Assembly (NCBI GenBank): GCA_963719225.1
Contig: CAVRAY010000002.1
Coordinates: forward strand, 416,001 to 480,000
Direction of reading: 5' to 3'
Source of the DNA: Thermoanaerobaculia bacterium
Lineage (GTDB): Bacteria; Acidobacteriota; Thermoanaerobaculia; UBA5066
DNA: 64,000 nucleotides
A program made the position numbers and the translations under genes. Below the pieces are notes generated by a model. That model was not told the DNA's origin and did no database searches. It worked only from the letters and a program-made list of their open reading frames with translations. Below are positions 54,255 through 64,000 of the stretch, piece after piece (within the stretch, counting starts at the first letter, position 1; each line of letters starts with the position of its first letter).

Positions 54255-55146
54255 GGTCCGCGGCGGAAGACCGGCAGAAGTCCGCGCGGCTCTCTTCTTC
54301 CTCGCGCCGGGCCTCTTCGTGATCGTCGTCTTCTTCTTCCTGCCGATCGCGGCGTCCCTCCTCCTCTCGACGACGGACTTCGATCTCTACGCGCTCGCGG
54401 ACCCGTCGAACGCGCGCGTTACGGGCCTCGCGAACTACCGGGCGCTCGTCACGGACCCGGTCTTCCTGACGGCGCTCAAGAACACGCTCGTCTTCGTCCT
54501 CCTCTCGAGCCCGCTCACGGTCGCCGTCGCCCTCGCGGCGGCCCTCCTCGTGAACGCGCGCGTCGCGCGCTTCAAGGGCTTTTTCCGGACGACGTTCTTC
54601 GCGCCCGTCGTCACGACGCTCGTCGCCGTCGCGGTCGTCTTCAAGTACGTCTACCACCCGCGCTTCGGCCTCCTGAACCGTGGGCTCACGCTGCTCGGGC
54701 TCCCGGCCGTCGACTGGCTCGGTGACACGCGCTTCGCGCTCGTCGCGATCGTGATCCTCGGCGTCTGGAAGAACTTCGGGTTCTCGACGATCCTCTTCGT
54801 CGCGGGCCTGCAGGGCATCCCGGAGTCCCTCTACGAAGCGGCGCGCCTCGACGGGGCCGGGCGCTGGCAGCAGTTCCGGCGGATCACGCTGCCGCTGCTG
54901 GCGCCGACGATGCTGCTCGTGGGCCTCACGCGCACGATCGATTACTTCCAGCTCTTCGCCGAGCCTTACGTCATGACGTCGGGCGGGCCGCTCAACGCGA
55001 CGCTCACGATGGCGCTCCTCATGTACAAGGAAGGCTTCCGGTTCTGGAACATGGGGCGCGGAGCCGCGATCGCGTTCGTCCTCTTCGGCGTCATCCTCGT
55101 CGCGACGCTCGTCCAGTTCCGCTTGCAGAAGGGAGGGGAGTCGTGA
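54244..55146 (+). CDS. carbohydrate ABC permease
   Basis: EAA motif LQGIPESLYEAARLDGAG; TM helices. Confidence 0.93.
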   Translation: MRVEVRGGRPAEVRAALFFLAPGLFVIVVFFFLPIAASLLLSTTDFDLYALADPSNARVTGLANYRALVTDPVFLTALKNTLVFVLLSSPLTVAVALAAALLVNARVARFKGFFRTTFFAPVVTTLVAVAVVFKYVYHPRFGLLNRGLTLLGLPAVDWLGDTRFALVAIVILGVWKNFGFSTILFVAGLQGIPESLYEAARLDGAGRWQQFRRITLPLLAPTMLLVGLTRTIDYFQLFAEPYVMTSGGPLNATLTMALLMYKEGFRFWNMGRGAAIAFVLFGVILVATLVQFRLQKGGES

Positions 55147-55964
55147 GGCGGCCCGGCGCCGCTCTCGCCGTGAACGCGCTTCTCACGGTCGGAGCGGCGT
55201 TGACGCTCGCCCCGCTCCTCTGGATGATCTCGGCCTCCGTGATGCCCACGGGCGAGGCGAGCTCCTTCCCGCCGGGCTTCATCCCGAGCCGGATCACGTT
55301 CGAGCACTACCGCGATCTCTTCCAGAGGCTCTCGCTCGGCCGCGCGTTCGGAAGCAGCCTCCTCCTCGCGTCCTCGGTCACGTTCTGCTCGGTGATCCTG
55401 AACTCGATGGCCGGCTACGCGTTCGCGAAGCTCCGCTTTCCCGGGCGCGACCGGCTGTTCCGGCTCCTCCTCCTCGGCATGGTCATCCCCGTCCAGATCG
55501 CCATGCTCCCGCTCTTCCTTCTCATGCGCTCCCTGGGCCTCGTGAACACGTACGCCGGCGTCGTGATTCCGACCGCCGCCGGCATCTTCGGAATCTTTCT
55601 CGTCCGGCAGTTCGCGCGGTCCATCCCGGACGAGCTCCTCGACGCGGCGCGCGTCGACGGTGCGAGCGAGTGGAAGATCTACCGGCGCCTCGTCCTGCCG
55701 CTCCTCAAGCCGGTCCTCGTGACGCTCGGCGTCTTCATGTTCCTCGGAACGTGGAACGACTTCCTGTGGCCTCTCGTCGTCCTGACCGATGACACGAAGT
55801 ACACGCTACCCGTCGCGCTCGCGAACCTCGTGGGGGAGCATGCCCAGGACACGGAGCTCATGATGGCGGGCTCGGTGCTGACGGTTCTCCCCGTGCTCCT
55901 CCTGTTCCTCGGGCTGCAGAGGGCGTACATCGAAGGCATCACGGCCGGCGGGATCAAGGAATGA
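55143..55964 (+). CDS. carbohydrate ABC permease
   Basis: SIPDELLDAARVDGASE and WNDFLWPL. Confidence 0.93.
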   Translation: MRRPGAALAVNALLTVGAALTLAPLLWMISASVMPTGEASSFPPGFIPSRITFEHYRDLFQRLSLGRAFGSSLLLASSVTFCSVILNSMAGYAFAKLRFPGRDRLFRLLLLGMVIPVQIAMLPLFLLMRSLGLVNTYAGVVIPTAAGIFGIFLVRQFARSIPDELLDAARVDGASEWKIYRRLVLPLLKPVLVTLGVFMFLGTWNDFLWPLVVLTDDTKYTLPVALANLVGEHAQDTELMMAGSVLTVLPVLLLFLGLQRAYIEGITAGGIKE

Positions 55965-58900
55965 GACGGGCGGTTGTCCTGCTCGGGGCGCTCGTCACCG
56001 GCGCGGTTTGCGGCCGGGCCGCCGGCACCAGCATCGTCACGGCCGAAGCGTGGAAACCGGTCGCCGCCGCGGGCGTCGACGTCTCGCTTTCGCCCCTCGG
56101 TAAGCCGGGAATTCGAATGACGTACGACTTTCACGGCGGCTCGGGCTGGGCGGGCGTGCGACGGGGCCGGGGGCTCGTGTTTCCGGACGACTGGACGCTC
56201 TCCTTCCGCGTACGCGGCGCCGGGACGCCGAACACGCTCGAGATCAAGTTCCTGGACGCGACGGGCGAGAACGTCTGGTGGGCGCGCCGCGAGCGCTTCG
56301 CGCCTCCCGGTGAGTGGCGGGAGATCCGGGTCCGCAAGAGGCAGGTTTCCTTCGCGTGGGGTCCGGCGGGAGGGGGAGAGCTCCGCCGCGCCGCGGCGCT
56401 CGAGATCGTCCTCTCCGCGGGAGAGGGAGGAAGAGGATTCTTGGAGGTGGAAGAGCCCGTGCTCGCCGCGAGGGAGAAGCTCTCGGCTCTGCCGGAGCCG
56501 AGCGTCGCGCGGACTTCCGAAGGAATCCTCGTCGATCTCCAAGGTCTCCGGGAGCTCTCGGGCCTCGTCGTGGACTGGACTGGGCCGGCCGTCCCTGCGC
56601 GGTTCACTGTCGAGATCTCCGAAGACGGCCACACGTGGACGACCGTCCGGCGCGTCGCGCACGGTGGCGCGCGGCGGACGTGGCTCCATCTTCCCGAGAC
56701 GGAGGCGCGGCTCGTCCGGTTCGTCCTGCCGGCGGGGGACTACGGCCTGCCGCGGATCGACGTGAAGCCGGTCGAGTGGGCGCCCACCGTCAACGACTTC
56801 TTCGCCGCGATCGCGCGCGTGGCGCCGCGGGGCCTGTATCCCCGCGCCTTTCTCGGCGAGCAGACATACTGGACGGTGGCCGGCGTCGATGCCGACACCG
56901 AGGAGGTCCTCGTCGGCGAGGACGGCGCGCTCGAGCCGGGGAAGGGCTCGTTCTCGCTCGAGCCTTTCCTCTTCGCGGACGGCAAGCTCGTGACGTGGGC
57001 CGGCGCCGCGATCTCCCAGTCGCTCGAGAGGGGTGATCTCCCGATCCCGACGGTGACGTGGAAGGCGGGGACGCTCGCACTCGACGTCACGGCGCTCGTG
57101 GACGGGCCGGCCGAGGGTTCCGTCCTCCGCGCGCGCTACCGCGTCCGGAACGCCGGCGCGGGGACGGCGCGCGCGCGGCTCTTCGTCGCCGTGAGGCCGT
57201 TCCTCGTGAACCCGCCCACGCAGTTCCTGAACGCGCCGCACGGCGTCGCGCGGATCGCGTCGCTCTCCTTCAGCGGAGCGACCGCTTCCGTCAACGGCAC
57301 GCGCACGATCTCGGCGCTCCCCGCTCCCGATGCGAGCGGCGCCGCCACGTTCGACGAGGGGCCGATTTTGGATTTTCTTCTGAAAGGAAGAGTGCCGGCC
57401 GCACCGGAGATCCGCGACGAGACCGGCCTCGCGTCGGGCGCGTTCGCCTGGAACCTCGAGATCCCCTCCGGCGGCGAGCAAACCGTCGTTCTCGACGCGC
57501 CCCTGCACGCGGGCGCCTCGGTCCCTCTTACCCTTTCTAAGAGAATCTTCGACGACCGTCTCGCTCGCGCATCCGAAGGGTGGGGAGACGCCGTGGACCG
57601 CGTGCGCTTTCGGATTCCCCCTTTCGCAGAATCTCTCGTGGCGACCTTGAAGTCGAACCTCGCGTTCGTCCTCGTGAACCGGGACGGGCCGTGGATCCAG
57701 CCCGGCTCGCGCGCCTACGAGCGCTCCTGGATCCGCGACGGCGCCCTGACGTCGTCGGCGCTTCTCCGGCTCGGGCACGCGAACGAGGTCCGCGAGTTCG
57801 TCCTCGCGTTCGCGGAAAAGCAGTTTCCAGACGGCAGGATCCCGTGCTGCGTGGACGCGCGCGGCGCCGATCCCGTGCCGGAGAACGACAGCCACGGCGA
57901 GTTCCTCTTTCTCGCCGCCGAGTACTTCCGCTTCACGAAAGACGCCGCGACGCTCGGCACGCTGTGGCCTCGAATCGAGAAGACCGTGGCCGCGCTCGAC
58001 GCGCTAAGGAAACAGCGTCTCACGCGCGCCTACGAGACGCAGGAGAAACGCGCGTTCCGAGGGCTCCTCCCCGAGTCGATCAGCCACGAGGGGTATTCCG
58101 ACAAGCCGGTCCACTCGTACTGGGACGACGTCTTCGCGCGGAAGGGCCTCGCCGACGCGGCGGAGCTGGCGGTCGCGCTCGGGCACGAGGACGAGGCCCG
58201 CGGCTTCGCGGCGATTCGAGATGCGTTCGAGGCGGACCTCCTGGCTTCGATTGCGCGCACGATCGAAGAAAACAATCTCGACACCCTCCCGGCTTCGGTC
58301 GAGAAGCACGATTTCGACCCGACCTCGACGACGGCGGCTCTCGCGCCGTGCGGCCTGCAGGAGAAGCTGCCCCGGGCCGAGCTTCTTCGCACGTTCGACC
58401 GCTACGTCAGAGAGGCGCGCGAGCGGCGCGACGGGACGCGGACCTGGGACGCCTACACGCCGTACGAGCTGCGCACGGTCGGCGCGCTCGTGAGGCTCGG
58501 CCGCGTGGCCGAGGCCCACGAGATGCTCGCGTTTTTCCTGAAGGACCGCCGGCCCGCCGCCTGGAACGGGTGGGCGGAACTCGTCGGCCGCGATCCGCGC
58601 GCGCCGCGCTTCATCGGCGACATGCCGCACACGTGGGTCGGAACGGACTTCATCCGTTCGTTCCTCGACTTCTTCGCGATCGAGCGCGAGGCCGGTGACA
58701 CGCGCGGCGCGTCGCTTCTCCTCGGGGCGGGGCTGCCGGAGGAATGGGTGCGCGCGCCGGGAGGCGCCGGCGTGGAGGGGCTTCGGACGATCTACGGGCC
58801 GCTGAACCTCTCCGTCTCGGCGTCGGGAGGTGAAGTTCGCGCGCGAATCGCCGGCGTGCACGTTCCCGCCGGCGGCCTCGCGCTCGCGTGGCCGCTCGCC

Positions 58901-59002
58901 GGCGTTCCACGAGTCGCGACCGTGAACGGAAGGCCGGCCGGAATCCGGCGCGGAGAAATCCTCGTCGACGAAGTCCCCGCCGAGGTCCTCGCCCACCCAT
59001 GA
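55961..59002 (+). CDS. secreted discoidin (F5/8 type C)-domain protein with C-terminal (alpha/alpha)6 glycoside hydrolase-like domain
   Basis: Signal peptide; VEISEDGHTW discoidin motif; PGSRAYERSWIRDG, ENDSHGE, GLLPESISHEGY, HSYWDD and GDMPH. Confidence 0.72.
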   Translation: MRRAVVLLGALVTGAVCGRAAGTSIVTAEAWKPVAAAGVDVSLSPLGKPGIRMTYDFHGGSGWAGVRRGRGLVFPDDWTLSFRVRGAGTPNTLEIKFLDATGENVWWARRERFAPPGEWREIRVRKRQVSFAWGPAGGGELRRAAALEIVLSAGEGGRGFLEVEEPVLAAREKLSALPEPSVARTSEGILVDLQGLRELSGLVVDWTGPAVPARFTVEISEDGHTWTTVRRVAHGGARRTWLHLPETEARLVRFVLPAGDYGLPRIDVKPVEWAPTVNDFFAAIARVAPRGLYPRAFLGEQTYWTVAGVDADTEEVLVGEDGALEPGKGSFSLEPFLFADGKLVTWAGAAISQSLERGDLPIPTVTWKAGTLALDVTALVDGPAEGSVLRARYRVRNAGAGTARARLFVAVRPFLVNPPTQFLNAPHGVARIASLSFSGATASVNGTRTISALPAPDASGAATFDEGPILDFLLKGRVPAAPEIRDETGLASGAFAWNLEIPSGGEQTVVLDAPLHAGASVPLTLSKRIFDDRLARASEGWGDAVDRVRFRIPPFAESLVATLKSNLAFVLVNRDGPWIQPGSRAYERSWIRDGALTSSALLRLGHANEVREFVLAFAEKQFPDGRIPCCVDARGADPVPENDSHGEFLFLAAEYFRFTKDAATLGTLWPRIEKTVAALDALRKQRLTRAYETQEKRAFRGLLPESISHEGYSDKPVHSYWDDVFARKGLADAAELAVALGHEDEARGFAAIRDAFEADLLASIARTIEENNLDTLPASVEKHDFDPTSTTAALAPCGLQEKLPRAELLRTFDRYVREARERRDGTRTWDAYTPYELRTVGALVRLGRVAEAHEMLAFFLKDRRPAAWNGWAELVGRDPRAPRFIGDMPHTWVGTDFIRSFLDFFAIEREAGDTRGASLLLGAGLPEEWVRAPGGAGVEGLRTIYGPLNLSVSASGGEVRARIAGVHVPAGGLALAWPLAGVPRVATVNGRPAGIRRGEILVDEVPAEVLAHP

Positions 59003-61386
59003 CGGAAGCGGCTCGTCTCGGCGCCGGCCTGTACGGCCGCTTCTCGGAAGACGGCCGGGAATACGTCATCACCGACCCGAGGACGCCGCGCCCGTGGGCC
59101 AACGTCGTCGCGAACCCGCACGCCGGATTCGTCGTCAGCCAGACGGGGAGCGGTTTCTCGTTCGTCGAGAATTCGCAGCTCGGCGCCGTGACGCGCTGGC
59201 GGCAGGATCTCGTCGAGGATCTGTCTGGAAAGTTCCTCTATGTGAAGGACACGGAGGGCGGGGAGCTCTGGTCCCTGTCGCCCGCGCCGGTCTGGGCGCC
59301 CTTCGATTCCTTCGCGTGCCGGCACGGCCTGGGCTACACGACGTTCGAGACGACGCGGTCCGGCGTCGAAGCGGGCTGGACCCTCTTCTGCCACGGGGAA
59401 GAGATGGCCGAGATCTGGCGCGTGTCCCTGAAGAACGTGTCGGGCCGGCCGCGACGCCTGCGGCTCTGGGGTACTCTCGAATGGTGCTGCGGCGTCGCGC
59501 CATCCCCGCGGCGCGAGTTCACGAAGCTCTTCCTCGAGACGAGGTTCGACGAAGGCCGCCGCGCGATCGTCGCGCGAAACCACATGTGGGAGGTGCCGTC
59601 CGAGCGGTTCGGACACTGGAACACGAGCTTTCCCTTCGTCAGCGCCTTTTCGGCGTCCGAAGCCGTCGTCTCGGCTCACGGCGACAAGGCGGTGTTCCAG
59701 GGCCGGTACGGCAGCCTCCGCGCTCCCGCGGCGCTGCTCGGACACGGTGGGCCGCCGGCGTTCGGGCGGCACGAGGACCCGATCGCGGCGCTCGAGGTCG
59801 AGGTCGCCCTCGCGCCCGGCGAGACGCGGACCATCGGCTTCGCGCTCGCGACTTCCGACTCGGAGGAAAAGGCGATCGCGCTCGGATCCCGCTTCGTGAA
59901 GGACGAGGAGAGCCGCCGCGCTCTCGAGGACGTGACCGCCGGCTGGCGGACTCGACTCGCGGCGCACCGCATGGAGACGCCCGACCCGACGTTCGACGCC
60001 GTTGCCAACGACTGGATTCGTTACCAGGCGATCGCGGCGAGGCTCTGGGGTCGCTGCGGCTATTACCAGCAGAGCGGCGCCTTCGGCTTCCGCGACCAGC
60101 TCCAGGACTCGCAGGTCTGGCTGACGATCGATCCCGCGAAGTGCCGCGATCAGATCCGCCTCCACGCGGGCCACCAGTTCCGGGACGGCTCGGTCTTCCA
60201 CTGGTGGCACCCGCTCACCGAGCAGGGCCTCGTCACGAAGATGACGGACGACCTCCTCTGGCTCGCTTTCGTGTCGGCGAGCTACATGAAGGAGACCGGC
60301 GACTTCTCGATCCTCGACGACGAGGCGCCGTTTCTCGACGACGGGGACCCGTTTGCCCTGAAAGAGCACGTTGCGCGCGTGTTCCAGCGGGTCTTCACGC
60401 GGACGAGCCCTCGCGGCATCCCGCTCATCGGGGCCGGAGACTGGAACGACGGCCTCTCCGCGATGGGCCTCCTCGAGAAGGGCGAGTCGGTCTGGCTCGG
60501 CCACTTCCTCGCGGGCCTCCTCGCCGACTGGAGCGAGATCCACCGTCGCACGGGAGCGCCCGCGCTCGCGGACGATTTCTCCGCGCGGCGGATCGCCCTC
60601 GTCGCCGCCCTCAACGAACACGGTTGGGACGGAAGCTGGTATTCGCGGGGGACTCTCGACGACGGCTCGGTCCTCGGAAGCGCGAGGAACCGCGTGGGGA
60701 AGATCTTCCTCAACGCGCAGACGTGGGCGATCCTGAGCGACGTCGCGCCGCCCGACCGGGCGGCGGCCTGCCTCGCGGCGGTGAAGAAGCACCTCGTGAC
60801 CGAGGCCGGTTCGCTCCTGCTCGCGCCCGCATTCGACCGGCCTGTTCCCGGGATCGGCTACATCACGCGTTACGGGCCCGGACTCCGCGAGAACGGAGGC
60901 GTCTACACACACGCAGCCACGTGGGCGATCGCCGCGGCGGCCAAGGCGAAGGACGCCGCGCTCGTCGAGAAGCTCCTCGTCGCGATCCATCCGGGGAACA
61001 AGGACCCCGAACGCTACGTCGCCGAGCCGTACGTCCTGCCGGGCAACGTGGACGGGCCCGCGTCGCCTCACCACGGGCGTGCCGGGTGGACGTGGTACAC
61101 CGGCTCGGCCGCGTGGCTTCACCGCGTCGTGGCGGAATGGGTCTTCGGCGTGCGGCCCGGATGGGATTCCCTGGCGATCGACCCGTGTCTCCCGCCGTCG
61201 TGGAGCCGCGCGCGGATGGTCCGGCCCTGGCGCGGAGGGACGCTCGAGATCGAGATCGCGAGGGGAGAACCCGCCGCCGGCGCCGACGTGTCGGTCGCGG
61301 TCGACGGCGCCCTTCTCGCGACGAACGTCCTCGCGCCGCCGGAACGGCCCCGTGGCGCGCGCCGCGTCGTGGTGACGGTCCGGTAG
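58999..61386 (+). CDS. GH94 glycoside phosphorylase
   Basis: TPRPWANV, YQQSGAFGFRDQLQD, GDWNDG (catalytic Asp), GESVWL, RENGGVYTHA and GWTWYTGSA. Confidence 0.9.
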   Translation: MTEAARLGAGLYGRFSEDGREYVITDPRTPRPWANVVANPHAGFVVSQTGSGFSFVENSQLGAVTRWRQDLVEDLSGKFLYVKDTEGGELWSLSPAPVWAPFDSFACRHGLGYTTFETTRSGVEAGWTLFCHGEEMAEIWRVSLKNVSGRPRRLRLWGTLEWCCGVAPSPRREFTKLFLETRFDEGRRAIVARNHMWEVPSERFGHWNTSFPFVSAFSASEAVVSAHGDKAVFQGRYGSLRAPAALLGHGGPPAFGRHEDPIAALEVEVALAPGETRTIGFALATSDSEEKAIALGSRFVKDEESRRALEDVTAGWRTRLAAHRMETPDPTFDAVANDWIRYQAIAARLWGRCGYYQQSGAFGFRDQLQDSQVWLTIDPAKCRDQIRLHAGHQFRDGSVFHWWHPLTEQGLVTKMTDDLLWLAFVSASYMKETGDFSILDDEAPFLDDGDPFALKEHVARVFQRVFTRTSPRGIPLIGAGDWNDGLSAMGLLEKGESVWLGHFLAGLLADWSEIHRRTGAPALADDFSARRIALVAALNEHGWDGSWYSRGTLDDGSVLGSARNRVGKIFLNAQTWAILSDVAPPDRAAACLAAVKKHLVTEAGSLLLAPAFDRPVPGIGYITRYGPGLRENGGVYTHAATWAIAAAAKAKDAALVEKLLVAIHPGNKDPERYVAEPYVLPGNVDGPASPHHGRAGWTWYTGSAAWLHRVVAEWVFGVRPGWDSLAIDPCLPPSWSRARMVRPWRGGTLEIEIARGEPAAGADVSVAVDGALLATNVLAPPERPRGARRVVVTVR

Positions 61387-61398
61387 GCTCGGCGCCCT

Positions 61399-61427
61399 GT
61401 TAACCGTTCCCGCAGCCGGAGCGTCTC
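61399..61427 (+). promoter_or_regulatory. putative ECF promoter of the sigma operon (autoregulatory)
   Basis: GTTAAC-N17-CGTCT upstream of the operon encoding an ECF sigma. Confidence 0.55.
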
Positions 61428-61477
61428 AGGGGTAGCGTCGCATGTGGCGGCGTCTGGAACCTCGAAGGGAGTCACAA

Positions 61478-61963
61478 ATGAACGAGCTCCACGAAGAGAC
61501 CCTGATGCTTCTCGGCCTCGTCGCCTTCGCGGCGTTTCTCGCGTGGCTCTTCTTCCGGAGGTCCCAGCTCGCTGCCCAGAGAAGCCAGCTCGATCTGGAG
61601 CTCCGGAACCGGCTCGTCGACAAGTTCGCGAACGCGCGGGAGTTTCTCGAATTCGTCGAGACCGAGAAGGGACGAGAACTTTTTCAGGGCCTCGCGCCGC
61701 AGCCGCCACACCCATTCCTGAATCCGATGCGCTTCCTGCAGGCGGGCGTTCTGAGCGTCCTCCTCGGGTGCGCCATCCATCTGAACGCCGGACGCTTCGC
61801 CGGACTCACCGACATCAACTTCGTGAACAAGGTCAGGGACCTCGAGTCGTGGGGAACGCTCTTCGTCGCGGCCGGGATCGGCCAGGCCGTGGCGGCGGCG
61901 ATCGGATACGCGTTCGCGCGAAGGCAGGGGCTTGACGCGCGCCACGACGATCGGAAGGGCTGA
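61478..61963 (+). CDS. hypothetical membrane protein (3 TM)
   Basis: SD AAGGGAG; hydrophobic segments; first gene of the ECF operon. Confidence 0.7.
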   Translation: MNELHEETLMLLGLVAFAAFLAWLFFRRSQLAAQRSQLDLELRNRLVDKFANAREFLEFVETEKGRELFQGLAPQPPHPFLNPMRFLQAGVLSVLLGCAIHLNAGRFAGLTDINFVNKVRDLESWGTLFVAAGIGQAVAAAIGYAFARRQGLDARHDDRKG

Positions 61964-61983
61964 CGGCGCCTGCGCCGGCGCCC

Positions 61984-62496
61984 ATGGACGAAGATGAGTT
62001 CGAAGCGTTCTACGGCGAGACCCGGCAGGCTCTCCGGTCTTACCTCGTCCGTCTCACGGGGGCTCTCGGCGCGGACGACGTCCTGCAGGACGCCTACATC
62101 CGCTTCTTCAACCACCCGCCCGTGAATCGGGAGGAGCGAGCCATGAAGTCGTACCTCTTCACGATCGCGACGCGCGTCGCCTACGACCGCGGGCGGCGCG
62201 TCGGACGCGAGTCCGCTCCGGACCGTCCCGCCACCACCCAAGCGCGGGTCGCCGACGACCTCGATCTCCGCCGCGACGTCGGCCGCGCCCTCGACGCGCT
62301 CACGGCGCAGGAGCGGAGCCTCGTGTGGCTCGCGCACGTCGACGAGTACGGGCACCGCGAGATCGCGGGAATCCTGGGGCTCGGGGAAAAGAGCGTACGC
62401 GTCCTCCTTTTCCGCGCCCGGCGCCGGCTCGTGGAGACGCTCGAACGCATGGGACTCGGGCCTTCGGTTCGGGGGCCGGCGGAGGGAGGCCGATGA
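61984..62496 (+). CDS. ECF RNA polymerase sigma factor
   Basis: Region 2 ADDVLQDAYIR...YLFTIA; region 4 EIAGILGLGEKSVRVLLFRARRRL. Confidence 0.92.
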   Translation: MDEDEFEAFYGETRQALRSYLVRLTGALGADDVLQDAYIRFFNHPPVNREERAMKSYLFTIATRVAYDRGRRVGRESAPDRPATTQARVADDLDLRRDVGRALDALTAQERSLVWLAHVDEYGHREIAGILGLGEKSVRVLLFRARRRLVETLERMGLGPSVRGPAEGGR

Positions 62497-62828
62497 GCGA
62501 ATCGCTCGAGTCCCTCTCCCCGTCGGAGATCGAGGTCGTCCGTTCGCTCCGCGACCTCGCGTCCGAAGAGGGAGATGCTGAGCACGCGTATCCGAGCGCG
62601 CGGCTTCTCGTCTTCAAGGCGTCGCTGGCACGCCGGGAAGAGAAGGCCGCCGCCCGTCGGCGGCTGGACCTGGCGCTCCAGGTCGCGACCCTGGCGCTCA
62701 CGCTCGGCGGCGTGTCGCTCGCGGTCGTCGAGAGATGGCCGTTGCCGCAAGGGATGTCGATCTGGGTCCTCGCGGGTCTCGCTTTTCCGGCGGCCCTGTG
62801 GAGCCCGCTGCGCCGTCCGGAGATCTGA
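62493..62828 (+). CDS. putative membrane anti-sigma factor
   Basis: ATGA overlap with the sigma stop; two C-terminal TM segments. Confidence 0.6.
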   Translation: MSESLESLSPSEIEVVRSLRDLASEEGDAEHAYPSARLLVFKASLARREEKAAARRRLDLALQVATLALTLGGVSLAVVERWPLPQGMSIWVLAGLAFPAALWSPLRRPEI

Positions 62829-62902
62829 CCCCGCCGCCGTCCGTTCAACCCGCGACCGTCGTCCCCGAGCTCACCAGACCACCGAAGCAAATTGGAGAAA
62901 CC

Positions 62903-63997
62903 ATGCGAATGCTCCGTCTTCTTGCGCCCCTTCTCATCTGTTCCACGCTCGCGTTCCCGGCTGTCGCGCGCGCCGGCGACGACCCCGACCTGCCGATCGA
63001 CGCCGCGACGCGGAACGCCGTCCTCGAGGGCGTGGCCGAGAAGATCTCCGCGCTGTACGTCCTGCCCGACGTGGGCGCGCGGGTCGCGCAGGAAGTCCGG
63101 GCACGCGCCGCGCGCGGCGAGTTCGGCGGGTTCACGAGCGCCAGGCCATTCTGCGAAAGGGTCACGGCCGTCCTCGTCGAGGCGAGCCGCGACAAACACC
63201 TCAAGCTCGTCTACTCCGTGCGCCCGCGGCCGCTGCCGAAGGCAGGCGAGGAGGATTCGCCCGCGGAACGGGCCCGAAAGCGGGCGGACGCGGCGTTCGT
63301 GAACTTCGGCTTCCACAAGGCCGAGCGCCTGCGCGGCAACATCGGCTACCTGGAGTTCGAGCGCTTCATGGACCCGTCGATGGCCGGCGAGACGGCGGCG
63401 GCGGCGATGGCTTTCCTGTCCCACACCGACGCACTCATCTTCGATTTGCGCGGCAACGGAGGCGGGACCCCGATGATGGTGGCGTTTCTCGCGAGCTACC
63501 TGTTTCCGGAGCCGGTTCACCTCAACGACATCGCGAGCCGGACCGAAAGCGGGACGAAGCAGATCTGGACGCTGCCGTACGTCCCGGGTTCGCGGTTCGA
63601 CGGCAAGGACGTCTACGTGTTGACGAGCCACTTCACGTTTTCGGGCGCCGAGGAGTTCTCGTACGACCTCAAGAGCCTCAAGAGGGTCACGCTCGTCGGA
63701 GAGACGACGCGGGGCGGGGCGAACCCGGGCACTTTCGAGATGCTGAACGAGCACTTCGCCGTCTTCGTGCCGAGCGGCCGCGCGATCAACCCCGTCACGA
63801 AGACGAACTGGGAGGGAACGGGCGTGACCCCCGACATCGCGGTGCCGGCCGATCAGGCGCTGAAGACCGCGTACCTGGACGCCCTGGAGAAAGCCGCGAC
63901 GCGGACGACCGACCCGCAAAGGCAGGAGTCGTTCCGGGAGTGGATCGCGACGACGAAGAAGGAGCTCGAAGAACTGAAGACGAAAGGTTCGAAGTGA
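62903..63997 (+). CDS. S41 family peptidase (IRBP-like), secreted
   Basis: Signal peptide; NIGYL, DLRGNGGG, TFSGAEEF, VGETTRGGA and WEGTGVTPD. Confidence 0.92.
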   Translation: MRMLRLLAPLLICSTLAFPAVARAGDDPDLPIDAATRNAVLEGVAEKISALYVLPDVGARVAQEVRARAARGEFGGFTSARPFCERVTAVLVEASRDKHLKLVYSVRPRPLPKAGEEDSPAERARKRADAAFVNFGFHKAERLRGNIGYLEFERFMDPSMAGETAAAAMAFLSHTDALIFDLRGNGGGTPMMVAFLASYLFPEPVHLNDIASRTESGTKQIWTLPYVPGSRFDGKDVYVLTSHFTFSGAEEFSYDLKSLKRVTLVGETTRGGANPGTFEMLNEHFAVFVPSGRAINPVTKTNWEGTGVTPDIAVPADQALKTAYLDALEKAATRTTDPQRQESFREWIATTKKELEELKTKGSK

Positions 63998-64000
63998 TCC

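Overview
High-GC (roughly 70%) bacterial chromosomal window. Gene style suggests Acidobacteriota (inference). It holds about 50 mostly housekeeping or accessory genes: a partial multiheme cytochrome c, a nitrilase, a LiaF/LytS/LytTR envelope-stress module interrupted by an SPFH gene and an IS5 element, a SAM-I riboswitch-controlled yitJ-metH operon abutting an IS1202-type element with a 16-bp target duplication, purD, a frameshifted pgi, ROK kinase, PSP1, an Hfq-like gene, a glycosyltransferase cluster, serS with two divergent tRNA-Ser genes, a MacAB-like exporter, a LacI-controlled TonB/ABC/GH144/GH94 glucan-utilisation locus, and an ECF sigma operon. Signals the ORF track misses: (1) a split ORF that reads as a UxxC selenoprotein with an in-frame TGA and a SECIS-like hairpin; (2) a ~180-nt intergenic multi-stem, potentially double-pseudoknotted RNA candidate with its own -10 box; (3) a small gene plus nucleotidyltransferase pair wedged between serS and tRNA-Ser; (4) pervasive leaderless-type promoters; (5) a shared ECF promoter motif. 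All calls come from reading motifs by eye, and no searches were run.
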